From a virus (Duplodnaviria > Caudoviricetes), in IMG/VR virus record IMGVR_UViG_3300008450_000030, positions 2,208-66,207 of that record: DNA of 64,000 nt; one strand, 5' to 3'. Of the stretch, positions 35,437 to 48,600 are shown piece after piece. The position numbers and the translations under genes are program-made. The notes under the pieces are model-generated. The model ran no database searches. It saw nothing but the letters and a program-made list of their open reading frames with translations, and was not told the DNA's origin. How positions within the stretch are numbered: position 1 is the first letter of the stretch; each line of letters begins with the position of its first letter.

Positions 35437-36342
35437 ATGAGCAACCTCACTATTTTGAACCAAGAACTCCCCGACTTCCTGCAGAACGCTGGCCTCAGCG
35501 AACTGACCAAGCAAATCGCTGGTAAGAGCGGGGTCAAGCGTATCGTCCCCAAGAACGGCATCTTCCGCAAGATGGTCGGTGGCGAAGAGATGGGCAAGGT
35601 CAAGGGTGCGATTAACGTGGTCATCGTTAACGCCTCGCCTAAGGTTGGTCGTATCTTCTACGCTAAGCAGTGGACTCCCGACGCCGAGCCGACTTCGCCA
35701 GATTGCTTCTCGAACGATGGTGCTGTGCCTGATGCTGGTGCTGCCAACCCTCAGTCGGATCGTTGCGACTCTTGCGACCAGAACATCAAGGGTTCGGGCA
35801 TGGCGAACTCCAAGGCTTGCCGCTACTCGCGCCGACTGGCCGTGATGCTGGAGGAGAACTTCAACTCCGCACTTGAGAACGATGTGTACCAGATGAATCT
35901 GGCCTCGAAGTCTTTGTTCGGTGATAGCCCTTCCGACAAGACGCACAAGTTCGAGAACTACTCGAAGTACCTCGCCAACAACGGCAAGAGCTTGGACTAC
36001 GTGGTTACGGAGATCAGCTTCAATGAGGACAACGATAACCAGTCGGTTATGTTCACTGCCACTAGGTTCATCAACAAGGCGGAACACGCAGTCACCAGCA
36101 AGCACTCTGCTGCGCCTGAGACGAAGAAGATGGTGATGATGACTCCGTATCAAGCGGATGCGTCTGGCAAGAACCAAGCGGCAGCAGCCCCTGCCCCTGC
36201 GTTGGCAGCACCTAAGGTTGATGTCGAGGATGCCGTGGAAGTCGCGCCCAAGAAGCGCGAAGTCAAGAAGACTGAGACGCCTGTGCCTACTGCCAAACCC
36301 GCTCTGGATTCGGTAGTTAAGGCGTGGACGGACGAGGAGTAA
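35437..36342 (+). CDS. Putative single-stranded DNA-binding protein
   Basis: PDCFSNDG...CDSC.QN.KGS...KACRYSRRLAV; acidic/aromatic tail WTDEE; replication context. Confidence 0.65.
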   Translation: MSNLTILNQELPDFLQNAGLSELTKQIAGKSGVKRIVPKNGIFRKMVGGEEMGKVKGAINVVIVNASPKVGRIFYAKQWTPDAEPTSPDCFSNDGAVPDAGAANPQSDRCDSCDQNIKGSGMANSKACRYSRRLAVMLEENFNSALENDVYQMNLASKSLFGDSPSDKTHKFENYSKYLANNGKSLDYVVTEISFNEDNDNQSVMFTATRFINKAEHAVTSKHSAAPETKKMVMMTPYQADASGKNQAAAAPAPALAAPKVDVEDAVEVAPKKREVKKTETPVPTAKPALDSVVKAWTDEE

Positions 36343-36344
36343 GC

Positions 36345-36584
36345 ATGAGCTATGGTTACAGCCAGAACTTAGTCAAAGCTAATAAAAAAGCGGATGCTGA
36401 GTCTCTGGGCGTAGCCTTGGGCAGAACGTGCATTGATTGCGGTATTTCTGTCAAACAGATAGCCCTCGAACTGGGGGTTAGCCGAATGACGATCTACAAC
36501 TGGTTTTGGGGGCTAAACACCCCCGCTCCACCACACCATGACCGCATCAAGCAATTCATAGAGTGCCACAAGAAACGCAAATAA
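36345..36584 (+). CDS. Cro/CI-type HTH protein
   Basis: ISVKQIALELGVSRMTIYNWF. Confidence 0.85.
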   Translation: MSYGYSQNLVKANKKADAESLGVALGRTCIDCGISVKQIALELGVSRMTIYNWFWGLNTPAPPHHDRIKQFIECHKKRK

Positions 36585-36585
36585 T

Positions 36586-39441
36586 ATGTCCACATTCGAT
36601 CTGCTCGACGCCGTACTGCCCCCCGAGGGACGGTTCTGCGCACTGGGGTTAGGTCGATACGCAGATCAGCACTTTGTAGAAACTAGAGAAGAGGTTACCA
36701 AGCTAGCCCAGCGTTTTGTTAAGGCGAAGTTCGATGCGTTCTTTGGATGCGCTAAGTACGGACCTCTCAATAACAGAGAACACAAAAATGCTATCTACTT
36801 CCGAGCCCTATGGGTGGACATCGACTGTGGACCTAGTAAGGCCGAGCCAGATGAGAAGGGTAGAGTCAAGGGCTACATCGACCAATCCACTGGATTAGCC
36901 GAGCTTCAGAAGTTTTGCAAAACTGTAGGTCTACCGCGCCCTATCTTAGTAAGTTCCGGTTACGGGGTACACGCTTACTGGCTACTCGACAGCACGATTG
37001 AGCAGTGGCAATGGAAGCCTCTTGCCGAGCGGCTCCGAGAATTGTGCAACGAGCACCAACTGATTGTTGATCCATCAGTATTTGAGCCATCGCGTGTACT
37101 GCGTATTCCCGGTACGTTTAACTTCAAAAACGGAGAAACAAAAGAAGTAGTAGTTCTGAACGAGGAGACTCTGCGCATGAGTTATGCGCAGGTTCAAGGC
37201 ATCCTTTCAGCAGAAGCACCTAAGCCAGTAGAAGAAAGACCAGCCTTCATCCCGGCAGTTAGTCCGATGATGGAAGCGTTGCTTGCCAACAAGATAAAAC
37301 GCTTCAAGACCATCATGATGAAGACGGCCAACGGAGTCGGCTGCAATCAACTACTGCACTGCTACGAGAACCAAGCATCTATAGAGGAACCGCTCTGGCG
37401 ATCCGCACTATCAATCACCGCCTTCTGCGTAGACAAGGACACGGCATCTCACAAGATGTCCAACAAGCATCCCGAGTACAACCCAGCAGAAGTAGACGGG
37501 AAGATAGCGCACCTAGTAGCGAAGGGTGGCCCACACCATTGCGCTACGTTCGAGAAGCAGAACCCGACAGGCTGCGACGGCTGCACACATAAAGGCAGCA
37601 TCAAGTCACCGATTGTGCTTGGCGTGGAGATTGCCGAGGCTACAGAAGAAGACAACGAAGTAGAGGTAGAGACTGAGGAGGGCTCTCAGACAGTAACCAT
37701 ACCCGAGTACCCATTCCCGTACTTCAGGGGTAAGAACGGCGGCATCTACATAAAGCCGGGGGCTGATGAGGAAGATGGCCCTAAGCTCGTATACGAACAT
37801 GACCTGTATGTGGTCAAACGGATGAGGGACCCTGAGATGGGTGAGGTTGCGCTGTTCAGGCTGCACTTGCCCCACGATGGGATTAAAGAGTTTGCTATTT
37901 CTACCGCTGTAATTTCATCCAAGGATGAACTCCGAAAGATGCTAGCGCAGCAGGGTGTAGTAGCACATCCGAAGCAGTACGAATCACTATCTTCGTTCGT
38001 TGTTATGTGCATCAAGAATCTACAGTATGAGAAGAAAGCCGACACTATGAGAACACAATTTGGTTGGATCGACAACGACAGCAAGTTCATTATGGGTGAC
38101 AAAGAGATCACCAAGGACGGTATGTTCTACAGCCCACCTACGCTAGCTACCGAGTCTTTAGCACATAAGATTCATGCCAAGGGGAGCATGGAGAAGTGGA
38201 GGGAAGTCTACGACCTGTATGGGTTGCCGGGGATGGAGGGTCAGGCTTTCGGTGCGCTTACCGCCTTTGGTTCACCGATATTCAAGTTCACTGGATTGGA
38301 TGGTGCTCTCATCAACCTTATCTATGAATTCGCTGGTTCTGGTAAGTCCACGGTTCTGCGTATGTGCAACAGTGTCTACGGTATGCCTAAAGAGCTAATG
38401 GCTACCGCAGCAGATACATTGAACGCCAAGATACAGCAGTTGGGTGTGCTTAATAACATGCCCAACACGATTGACGAAATCACCAACATGAAGGGGTTGG
38501 AGTTTTCGGATATGGCCTACGCAGTCTCTCAAGGGCGAGGCAAGAACCGTATGCGTGGGTCTGTGAACCAGATGCGGACCAACAACACCACGTGGCAGAA
38601 CATGAGCCTGTGCTCATCTAACGCCAGCTTTTACGAGAAACTAGGCTCAGTAAAGAGTTCCCCCGATGGAGAGTCAGTTCGTTTGATCGAGTATCGGATT
38701 GAGCCTAGCGACATCATCAGTGTGGCGCATGGTAAACAGATGTTTGACCATCAACTGAACGAGAACTACGGTCACGCAGGAGTTATCTACGTCCAGTGGC
38801 TAGTGAATAACTTGGAGGAGGCAAAGCAGTTGCTTGCTAAGGTACAGGCTAGGCTTGACCGTGACCTTCAACTCACTTCCCGTGAGCGGTTCTGGTCTGC
38901 TTCCGTGGCTTCCAACATCACGGGCGGACTGATAGCCAAGGGCTTGGGGCTCATTAACTTCGACATGAAGGCTGTATACGCATGGGCACTGACCATGATT
39001 AAAAACATCCGCAATGACGTTAAGACACCGCAATCCAACCCAGTAGCCACCCTCGGCGAGTTCATAAATGAGCACATCAACAACACCCTCGTTGTCAGCG
39101 GCAATGTGGATACAAGAAGTGGGATGAACGCTCTGCCGACGCTAGAGCCCCGTGGGGAGCTATTGATTCGCTACGAGCCAGATACCAAGATGATCTACAT
39201 AGCAGCCAAGCAGTTCAAGAGTTATTGCGTAGAACAGCAGACAAACTACAGCAATTTGCTGCAAGAGTTAAAGGCTCTTGGGGTCTACCAGAAAGCTGAG
39301 AACAAACGCATGGCTGCGGGGATGAAGGTCAAATCTCCATCAGTCCGTGCGCTGTGGTTCGATGGGTCTACGTCAGAATTCCTTCAAGTGGATTCTATGA
39401 TTGGTACAGATGAAGGTCGAGACAGTCTCGTATCAGATTGA
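36586..39441 (+). CDS. Primase-helicase (RepB-like primase + DUF927/SF3-like helicase)
   Basis: WVDIDC, SGYGVHAYW, RVLRIPGT, AGSGKST, IDEIT, ENYGHAG. Confidence 0.88.
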   Translation: MSTFDLLDAVLPPEGRFCALGLGRYADQHFVETREEVTKLAQRFVKAKFDAFFGCAKYGPLNNREHKNAIYFRALWVDIDCGPSKAEPDEKGRVKGYIDQSTGLAELQKFCKTVGLPRPILVSSGYGVHAYWLLDSTIEQWQWKPLAERLRELCNEHQLIVDPSVFEPSRVLRIPGTFNFKNGETKEVVVLNEETLRMSYAQVQGILSAEAPKPVEERPAFIPAVSPMMEALLANKIKRFKTIMMKTANGVGCNQLLHCYENQASIEEPLWRSALSITAFCVDKDTASHKMSNKHPEYNPAEVDGKIAHLVAKGGPHHCATFEKQNPTGCDGCTHKGSIKSPIVLGVEIAEATEEDNEVEVETEEGSQTVTIPEYPFPYFRGKNGGIYIKPGADEEDGPKLVYEHDLYVVKRMRDPEMGEVALFRLHLPHDGIKEFAISTAVISSKDELRKMLAQQGVVAHPKQYESLSSFVVMCIKNLQYEKKADTMRTQFGWIDNDSKFIMGDKEITKDGMFYSPPTLATESLAHKIHAKGSMEKWREVYDLYGLPGMEGQAFGALTAFGSPIFKFTGLDGALINLIYEFAGSGKSTVLRMCNSVYGMPKELMATAADTLNAKIQQLGVLNNMPNTIDEITNMKGLEFSDMAYAVSQGRGKNRMRGSVNQMRTNNTTWQNMSLCSSNASFYEKLGSVKSSPDGESVRLIEYRIEPSDIISVAHGKQMFDHQLNENYGHAGVIYVQWLVNNLEEAKQLLAKVQARLDRDLQLTSRERFWSASVASNITGGLIAKGLGLINFDMKAVYAWALTMIKNIRNDVKTPQSNPVATLGEFINEHINNTLVVSGNVDTRSGMNALPTLEPRGELLIRYEPDTKMIYIAAKQFKSYCVEQQTNYSNLLQELKALGVYQKAENKRMAAGMKVKSPSVRALWFDGSTSEFLQVDSMIGTDEGRDSLVSD

Positions 39442-39604
39442 TTGGTCCAAGTTCAGGAAAGGGTACTCGTTCTTTGTACCCTGCATAGACCACGAGGAGG
39501 CTAGGAAATCCCTAGCCAAGACCATGAAACGCCTGAAGATGTCCATAGTCACCAGAGTTGTGGTGGAAGAGGGCATCAAGGGCTTGCGGGTCTGGAGAGT
39601 CTAG
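39410..39604 (+). CDS. Small hypothetical DNA-binding-like protein
   Basis: IDWSKF..GYSFFVPC...GLRVWRV. Confidence 0.7.
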   Translation: MKVETVSYQIDWSKFRKGYSFFVPCIDHEEARKSLAKTMKRLKMSIVTRVVVEEGIKGLRVWRV

Positions 39605-39634
39605 GCTAGAGTAGAACCCTCCTTTGTTCAGTTG

Positions 39635-39662
39635 AGCCCCGCCCTAGAGCGGGGCTTTTTTT
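39635..39662 (+). terminator. Terminator at the convergence of the two arms
   Basis: AGCCCCGC-CCTAGA-GCGGGGCT followed by a T run. Confidence 0.85.
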
Positions 39663-42600
39663 ATTCCTTACTCTTTTCCTTGGCCTTTTTCTCCCTGCCC
39701 GCTTTTTCTGCCTCAGACGCAGCCCTACGGGATGGTGTTACCGCCTTAATAAACAGTGGTATATTTTTATCGTTCAAGGTCACTCCACGGAAAGAAGTGG
39801 CACGTTGCTCTGCCTTAGCCATTATTGAGTTCTCGATATCGTCCCCCTCAATGTTGTAGGTAGGGAACCGCATATTCCATTTAGCTACGTCTTTAGCAAC
39901 GATGTCCGAGAACTTCTTGAAGTTCTTATCCTTGAACTCTCGTTCCATGTTGTCCAAGAGTACCTGACGTTCGTTGAGGATTTTCTGCTCAAGCCCGATT
40001 ACCTTAAACGTAACGTACTGCGTATTAGCAAGTAGGTCAGAACGGAAACCAACTGCTTGTGCGATCAACAGCCCAGTAGAGAAGGCATCCTTGGAAAGAA
40101 TCTGAGTGCCCTTGCTATCCTTGGCTCCTTCCGTCCACAGCTTGTTTGCGGTTATCACGTTGCGGAATCCAGCGGGGGCCATCTTACGCACCCCTTTGTC
40201 TATGTCTCCTCTAGAGAACGCTTCCCACGCTTCTGCCCCTGCAAGCAGCATATTAGGGCTAGGACCGATGTGGTCTATGGCAAACGCTATTGCCGTATCC
40301 TTTAACGTCTTCTCTTCTTTGCTCTCACGGAGCCAAAGGTTGTTAAGGCTCGTGCGGCTAGAGAAGTCTATTCCAGAGAACGCATTGACTGGACCACGTT
40401 CAACGATTGTTGCCAGACTAACCCCACCAATCTTGGTACTGCCAAGCTGCTCTTGCAAATACACAGTACGGAACCAAAGCTCGAAGCTCAAGGACTTGAT
40501 ATCTTCAGGCCAGTCGTCTTCCCTAAGTTCATCCCAAGCCCAGCCGAGTATGCCCATGATCGTGCTGAACATTGGGAGGCCGACAACACCCGCAAGTACG
40601 TAAGTAGCAGCAAGAGTACCGAAGAACTTCTTAGCGGCTTCGCCTCTGGTGTGCCCATCCATCGGCTTAATCATCTCCTTGAAGTTTTTCAGCAAGAAGA
40701 GCGTTACGTGGAGGCTGTAGAACATGAACTGAGTAAGCACCTTACCCGTAGCACTCTTCATCCAGAGTGGGCGGTTGTAGTCTCCGTAGTTGCCGAGAGC
40801 CTCATTGGTATCGTGGACAGCAGCATCAACTGCTTTCTCTCTTGTCATCCCCGGCTGGCGCATATTTAGCCTGAACGAGGATAGGAACATAACTTCACGA
40901 GACATCCGTTCGGTGGAGTGCATCAAGCCACCGAGGACCAGCAGATCAACTGTGTCCTTACCAAACTGAACTATCGGAGCACTTTGCTTGCCAGTCGGTG
41001 TTTCCTTGTAGTCGAACACGCTACCAGCGAATGTAGAAGACGCTACATCACGAGAAGTCATCTGCTTGACTGCCCAGACTTCCTCTGGCGATAACCCCAT
41101 ACCGTGCTCAATAGATGGCGCAACCCAAGACTTAGACCCGTCTGGGTTAGTAACGTATACGCCAAAGTGCTGCCAGACTTTCAGCATCCGCAGCATCTCC
41201 TTGTTGGCATCGACCACGCCGTACTTAGAGAGCACAGGCATACCTTGCTGGAAGATACTGAGCGGCTGGATCAGTGCAGTTGAAGCACCGCCGAGGTAGT
41301 AGATGTACGCTGCTTTGTTGAGCCACTTCGCAATAGTTTGCGCCACAGAATCATCGTTGGCGAACTTCAGGGAGTCCTTTACCCGAGCTTCCATCTCAGC
41401 AACGAACGGCTCTTGGTTAGGACGATTGACAATCGAATCCCGCGCTTGAGACAGCGAGTTACGCAGCAATGGAGAGTACTTGATGCGGGCAAGCTGAGTT
41501 GCCATCTTTGCGGTAGTCGTTGCTACATCGCGCAAGAAGTCTGTGCTAGCCCCTGCGATACCTTCACGGTGGATGAACTGCTTGCGGAAACTCTGCTCGG
41601 GCATCGTCTGCAGGTAGATTTGGTACATGGCGTCCTTCAACGCCTCTTTTGCCTCCGCATCTTGCAGGTTCGATTTTTCAACAAGGTCAAAGATTTCCCG
41701 CAGCATCTCGCTGTTGTCTACCGTAGCCCTACGCAAAGAGGAGATGTCGTTGCCGTAGGTGAACTCTTGGTCTTCCAGCAGTAGTCCAAGTTTGTCTGCG
41801 CGGCGGGTTTCCCACGCTTTGTTTGTCTCATTGGGCTTGCGCTTGATCTGTTCATCAGCAAGGGCACGCATAAGCCGATCACGCTCGGCCATAGTCTCCC
41901 GCATATAGAACTTGCGGGTCTTGCCTTTGCCGACGCTAAGCCAGTACTCGCCTCGGCGAACCAGAGCAAAATACGGGGTGATCTTCGGACCCTTCTCATA
42001 CATGGCCCGAATCTTCTTCATTATCACCTTCTGCTCAACCAACGTCAGCTTGCTGCTAGAAATCTGATCGTCTAGGAGCTTGGAGAAGTACTGAGACAGA
42101 GCAACGAAGTGATCCCTAACACGCTTGTATACACGCTGGCCTTCACTACCCAGATCGGTATACATTCTGTCAAGACTAGCGTTACGCTCCTTGGCCTTAG
42201 GGTCGGCAGGATCAACTTCCGCAAGAGTAGCTATCTGCGTAATGCGTTCCAGTTTCCCTCTGAGCGCAGGGTCGTTACGGAAGGCGCGGTCAACGTCCGT
42301 TACTAGATTACTCGCAGACTTGAGAAGCTGCTGCGTCATGCCACTCATCTGCTGCATCAGCTTAGATGTGTACTGCAAGGAAGGCACGGACGAAGAAGCC
42401 CAATCCACCAAGAACTGAGTCGTGGGGATTTTTACCAAGAACTTGCGGGTGGCTACGTCGAGGACGTTGTAGATGTCTTGAAGAAGGGGGATAACCTTCC
42501 GAGGGTCCTGTGCCATCTGCAGCATGGTTGCTGCCTTGGCGAACTGCTCGGCTTTGTTCGACTCCTCGAACTTATGTGTAGCTACAGCTACCGCAGCATC

Positions 42601-45600
42601 TACTTCCTTCTGGCTCCTTACTGCCTCTCGGACCTCTTCAGCTTCGCCAGAAATTCCGGCAGAGATGCCGACTTGTCCAGTATCTTTAGGGCCTTTTCCA
42701 GAGCTAGGGGGTAGGCTTTGTCTGAGCGTTCCTGCTCCGCTAGGGTCTGAGTTGTCAGCAGAAACACTTCCATTTTCGATTTGTTCGTTGCCATCGTCTT
42801 TGAAGCGGTTTCCACGAGCCTCGAAATTTCCATTTTTGAACTCCGTATGCAAGAAGAGGAACACATCAAGATTATCTTTGATATGTTTAGTGAGGTTATC
42901 TAAAACCTGATCCATGTTTATGCCGGGGAATGTCCGCAGCAGCGCCATGATGGTTTGAAACTCTGTTACAAAATTAGCATCGTGGCTACGTACTTTGAAG
43001 TGCGCCAACTCATGTTGCATTGTGGTAAACATAGCAAGAGCAATCGTGGCAGGGTCTTTACCTCTGTTCCCTTTATCCGCTATGTAGGGGGAAATAGCGC
43101 ATGGGTTTATGAATAAACCCTTAAATGGTATTACTGTGCTGGCCCCAAGATATTTAATATCAACGCTTACGCCAACTACTACCCCATCTAACCCTTCATA
43201 ATCCCCTTCCCCCGCAGCGATTAGCGCATTGCGCAGAAGCATAAAGATGTTACCTACCTCTGCTACATACTTGTTGTAGCGTTCCTCACCAAATTTTGCG
43301 CGAGCAACATCAGACAAAGACGCATCCAAAGGTAGAGCATCAGCTTGATCTTCTACCTTAGGGATAATACCTCTATTAGTAAGCTCTGCGATGATTTCAG
43401 TAGCCGTACCCCCTACAGCGCGAAAGTCGTCTTCATTCCATTCGTTTTTGTATGCGTAAGTAAAACGGTATTCCGACGATTCAGGGCGATAGCTAGACTC
43501 CCATGTTCTAGTGAGTATGTACGTGTCGGGGGGGTTAGAAGTAACAAGTTTGTTTAACCTAGCAAGGTTGGCGTGGTGTTTGGTAAGGGTTTCGCGGCGT
43601 TCAGTCTGCTTAGTATTATCATGAACCATAACCATATTAGGGTCAAGATTCTCTTGCGGTATGGTTAGTTCATCTATGTTTATATGAGTTCCAGCCAAAT
43701 CCTCGTTAGTGATTTCTGGAACCTCTCGACCATTTATGTAAACTACCCCATCACGCACTTCGACTTTATCCCCTGCGCGTATAAGCGTGAAGGCATTATC
43801 TGTAACAGGTACTTTAGGCTCCAGTGTTGCTGCGTTTGTAAGCTTCCCATTAGGTTTTACATACTGCACAGTGCCAAAATTTGTGGCCTCTTTTGACAAG
43901 TCTACATGGCGGTATAGAGCTACTAAATAGTTAAATATCTTACCAAAGTCATTCTTTGCAGCTTCAGAAAAACCTTGCCGATTGAGGTCAAAAGGATAGC
44001 CGGGGTCTTCTGGTTTAGCTACAGAAGCTACGTCTATGTAGAAAACATACGGCAGCTTATCAGCGTTCCACGCCTGTGTCTCTTTTAATGCCGTGCTAAA
44101 CTGCCATAACCCATTTGATAGGATGTGAGTATTGTCCCCATATTGTTTACTAGGTATTTTGCTTGCGTAAATACGCGCTATACCCCAGTTAAACTTAACA
44201 TTAGCGAATGGGGTATATGTATCTAAATCAAACTTAGAGCCTATAGGTGCTTGATATAAATATGGGTCTTCGCTGTTTAACTTCTCAACCCACACATCAA
44301 TGTTGTCAAACAACGGGCTCCTTTTGAGCACTGGGCTATTTACGAGGCTACCCTCTTCAAACGGTATCTCTTTTACTGCCCCCGTGGATGCTTCTTCGTA
44401 AGTTTCAGGTATTTCAACCGTTATAGAAGTACCATGCCCATCAGGGAAAAGAGTATCCCTGTAGTACTTTACTGTTTCAGGATCAGAAGTAGTAATGACT
44501 TTGATCTCGGGTATTTTTACACCACTTTTTTCCCTAGCTTCTTCTATAGCTTTTTCGATTGCGGGTAGCATGGCAAGGACTATAGGATCATCTCCGATAG
44601 CGTCTTTTATGCTTTGCAGTGCCGCTTGCGGACTACCGGCCATAGCTAAGCCAAGTTCTTCTCCAGTAGTAGATAGTTTAGAGATAACCCCATTGCGCAA
44701 AGATACAGCTTCAAGACTTTTGTTTTCAAACAAAAACAGCATTTTTGCAATGCCAAGCCCACCCGAAGCACGTTCAGTACCTTTGACCGTACCAGCAATC
44801 TGTAGGAACTGTTTCCCCATCACGCTGCTAGGCATACCGGGGCCATTGTCAATTATCTGTACTTTACGATTAGCCTTGTCAACTTTTACATCTACCCTGC
44901 CTTTAATAAGCCCATGTTTTTCTATACCCTCTTTAATGGCGTCAAATCCATTCTGAAATAGCTCCTTAATAGATACCCGTGCAATATCAGTAGGTTCACC
45001 ATACAGTTTAGACCCAAGCAACTTAGCAAGTCGGCGTAAATCACCTCCGGGGGTAGCAGTTTGTTCCTCATATATGTCTGCCGCTGCGCTAACAAGGTCA
45101 TACGCAAGCCTAGTACCGACTGGCTCCCGTGCGGACAACAGCCTATCTGTAACTACAATAAGGTCAGACAGGGCGTTGGTATCCCCATCATCCATGCCGA
45201 ACAGGTCACGGATAGAGCGCACAAAACGGTTGAAGAAGCTCGTATCTTCCTCATACCCCTCAGCCGTCATGAGAAACTCTTGCATATCCTCATCGGTCAG
45301 ACCGTAGGCTATGAACTCCTCAGGGCGAGAGAAAGCCTCGCCAAATTGGTTGAGTGCTCCAATCTGAGGTGACAGTTTTCTTTTTTGTGTAGCTACATCC
45401 CACTGCGCGTTGAGTCTCTTGTACTGGTAATTCGCACTAGCCATAGTACGCATGAGGTCGTTAGCCGCCTGTACCAGAGGCGAGTCGAGCCGCATACCAT
45501 TTGCGATGAGTTCAAGAGCAAGCGTTATCTTGCGGTTAGTAGCTGCGTGCAGTAGTTCGTGCAGGACGGTGACGTTGTTTACGCCTTGGCCCGCACCAAA

Positions 45601-48600
45601 CGATGCCCCGCGCACATAGATGACCTTCTCTTTGGTCTTGTAGCTCTCAGTGTAGAGAGCAAGCGCACGGTTCCAATGCCGCAGATTCTTGCTTTTCTGC
45701 AGTTCCGCAGGTAGCGGTTGCCCCTTTTCGATTACAACAAACTTGACCCCAGAGACAAAACTCTTGAGCCTCCGACCAAGCTTACGCTGGAAGGGATTAC
45801 CAGTCTTGATGATGTGGGAGAGGGCCTGAGAGCCCGTAGTGAACTGAGCAAACTTAGGGTCAGCAACACCCTGCCCGATCTTAGAGTACAGGTTTTTACC
45901 CTGCTTCTGAAGGTCCATGCCCTTCTTGATCTCTGCCTTCTCTCTGGCATCAGAAGTTTGTGGGTGCTCAAGCGCAGCCTTGACCCGCTCGGCTACTTTA
46001 GTCCCGCGCAGAAGAGGGTCACCTTGCAGGGCAAGCAACTCACGGGTGTGCTGCCGCCTCTGAGAAACTCTTTCTGCTTGCGCTTCCTTTAGGTCGTTCT
46101 CATCCTTGAACGCCCCCTCATCAATAGGGGTAGCCAGCTTCTCTAGAGCTTTCAGAATACGGGTAACTGCACGTTCTGCACGCGCCTTTGCTGCCTGTAC
46201 TGGCCTACTCTCGGTTAGCTTTTGCTCTCGCTGCTCTTCTGTGAGGACAGTTGGCCGACCCCGTTTGGTCTTTGGGGTTGTGGAAACAGCGGGTGCTGCC
46301 GCTCCTTGCGCTTCTGCTTGCTGGGTTTCAGGGGTTTCAGTGCCACTTGCGGTTTCCTCAGTAGTGGTTGTGGAGGTAGTAGGTTTCGGCGCACGGATCA
46401 TCGCGCCATCGTCTTGGGGTTCAAAGCCATTACGGGCGTACCAGCTAACTAGAGCGTCTTGCTGTAGTTCTCCGCTGGCCTTAGGCATGATGACAAGACG
46501 TTCATTGTTCTCGTCTGCCCATGAGGTGAGCTTGTTCAGGACTTCTGACGCCCTACCACTCTGCCCGCCCGCTTGTTTGTTCATGCTGTACAGCATGACC
46601 GCGCCATCACGATCTGGGTACTCAGAGACAATATCGTCGTCTTCCCCAAGGCGTTTAATGCCAGCGAGGACAGATTCATTCCCAACAACACCCCTGTCAT
46701 TCTCAAAGCTAAGCAGGGTTTTTTCCGTCTTTACTGCAGTCGGCTGTGTTCCTTCTCCTCCATCAACCCGTCCAGCATCCTGCTCAGTAGAAACCACTCC
46801 ATCTGGTTCAGTTCCGGGAGTTCCCTCGGCAGTGACGACTGCACTGGGCTGCTCAGCCACAGAAACGCCTGTTCCAGTTGTAGTAGTGACAGGTTTGTTA
46901 GCTGGTTTCTTTGATCGGGTACGCGATTCCTTCTCAGCTTGCGCATCTGCTTCAGCCTCCTCATTAGCTTGTTGGGTAGCCTGTTGGAGAGCTACTTGTG
47001 GTTCTACACCAGCATCAATGAACCCCTGAGTAAGTTCGTCAATACGACCTTGCGGGGCAGAAGTTACCAGCTTGGCAGTAGCATCCTTAGAGCGTTGGGC
47101 CTTCGCCGCTTGCTCGGCCTCAAAGTCCTGCATCTGCCGTTCGGCCATCTGCATGGCGTCGTCTTCGGGAACACCAGTGGCTGCGATTTGTGTTGCCAGT
47201 TCCTCTACTTGCTTTCTACGCTGTAGCGTACTTTGCAGTTTCTGCAGTCTTTCTTCGTCTGGTGTAAATGGTGCGCCGACAGTAGTGGCGGCTGGCGGTG
47301 GGGCAGCGGGGCGTTGCCCGATAGGATTCAAGAACCCCTTAGACCGAGCAATCATTTCGCTCAAGCCTTCGTAGCTTCTGTCTTCCTTGTAGCCCTTAGG
47401 CTCCAGAGCACTCTGCAGTTTCTGTATGCCTTTAACCGCACCGATAGTAGTACCCGCAGTCACCCCAGACTGCAGCACGGTCTGGCGCAGAGTCTCTTCG
47501 AGTTGTTGGTACAGGCCCAACAGGGAAGGGTTTTTATTAAGCCCCACACTAGGAAGTACATCAATGCCGTACTGAGTAAGAGTAGTAGCAAGTTCTGACG
47601 GTATCTCCCCGGCAATAGACTTACCAACGTACTTGGCAATGTCGTTACCGCCATCGGCTACGTACTTCTTGAGTCCAGCTAGGGCCTTGGTCATACCGAA
47701 GCGTTCAAAGAATACTTCAGCCGCTGCCATTGGTACGGATCGACCAAGGGCTTCCGTTGGTTTGACCCCCGCATCCCTAGACTCGTTGTAGGACTGCGCG
47801 AATTGGTTGAATCCAGCTTGCAACAACACAGGAGCAGCCGTACCCGTAAGCGCACCTAGTACCAGCATAGGAGCTTGAGTGGCGAAAGACGCCATCGCGT
47901 GCTGAGCCGACTTAGCAAAGATGGACTCGCCTTCAGGGATCGCCCCTGCTCGCTCTTTTTCGATACGGGAAAGGCCAGCGGTGTATCTTTGGAGGTCTTC
48001 GTTTCCGGTAACGTCAGCGTACATACGCTGCAGACCAAGACCCGTTTGCGTATTTAGCGCACCTATCTCAGCACCAACTCGGCGAACGAACCCAGCGCCT
48101 TCAAGTTCTTTCTTGCGTATAGCTGCTTCTCTACCAGCAACCTCACCGACTACATCCCGATCCATGCCTTGCACTCTAGGGTTAAGTGTCAGCCCAGATA
48201 GCGCATCCCCCATAGCACGGTTTCTAGCCGCTTCGGGGTTCATACCGTTTTTAATGTAGTACGCAGTACGTGCCTCAATACTTGCGTCAGTCAGTCCTTG
48301 GACAGTAGGCAGGGCTTTTTCGGTAGCGGCGTACTGTGCAGCTATGTCCCTAGCCGCAGTCCCGTAGACCCCCGGCTGCTTAGTAAGGTTCTGGAGTGAG
48401 ACTGCCCGCTTATCCTCAGGCATGGCATCGAGGCGAGCCTTGATAGCACTAACAAAGTTAGGATCAATAGCCGAACGCCCAACGGCTTCTTGCGTAGGCG
48501 TACGCTCGGGGACGGTAGCGCCCTTGAACTCAAAGGGCTTATCCTTGTCTTCCATCCCGAACAGTTTGCCGAGCATGGAGTTGGGAGCGATACCCAACCC

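Larger units (their letters stand above)
16178..48461. repeat. Dispersed 13-bp palindrome CTAAC-WWW-GTTAG (30 copies counted by eye)
   Basis: Perfect copies start at 16310, 16993, 17090, 17190, 17875, 18105, 19203, 19889, 20672, 21411, 21978, 23014, 23515, 23726, 26043, 26568, 26962, 29439, 48449. Variants start at 16178, 17399, 18692, 19541, 24528, 24778, 25250, 27053, 27683, 30214, 34990. Confidence 0.95.
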
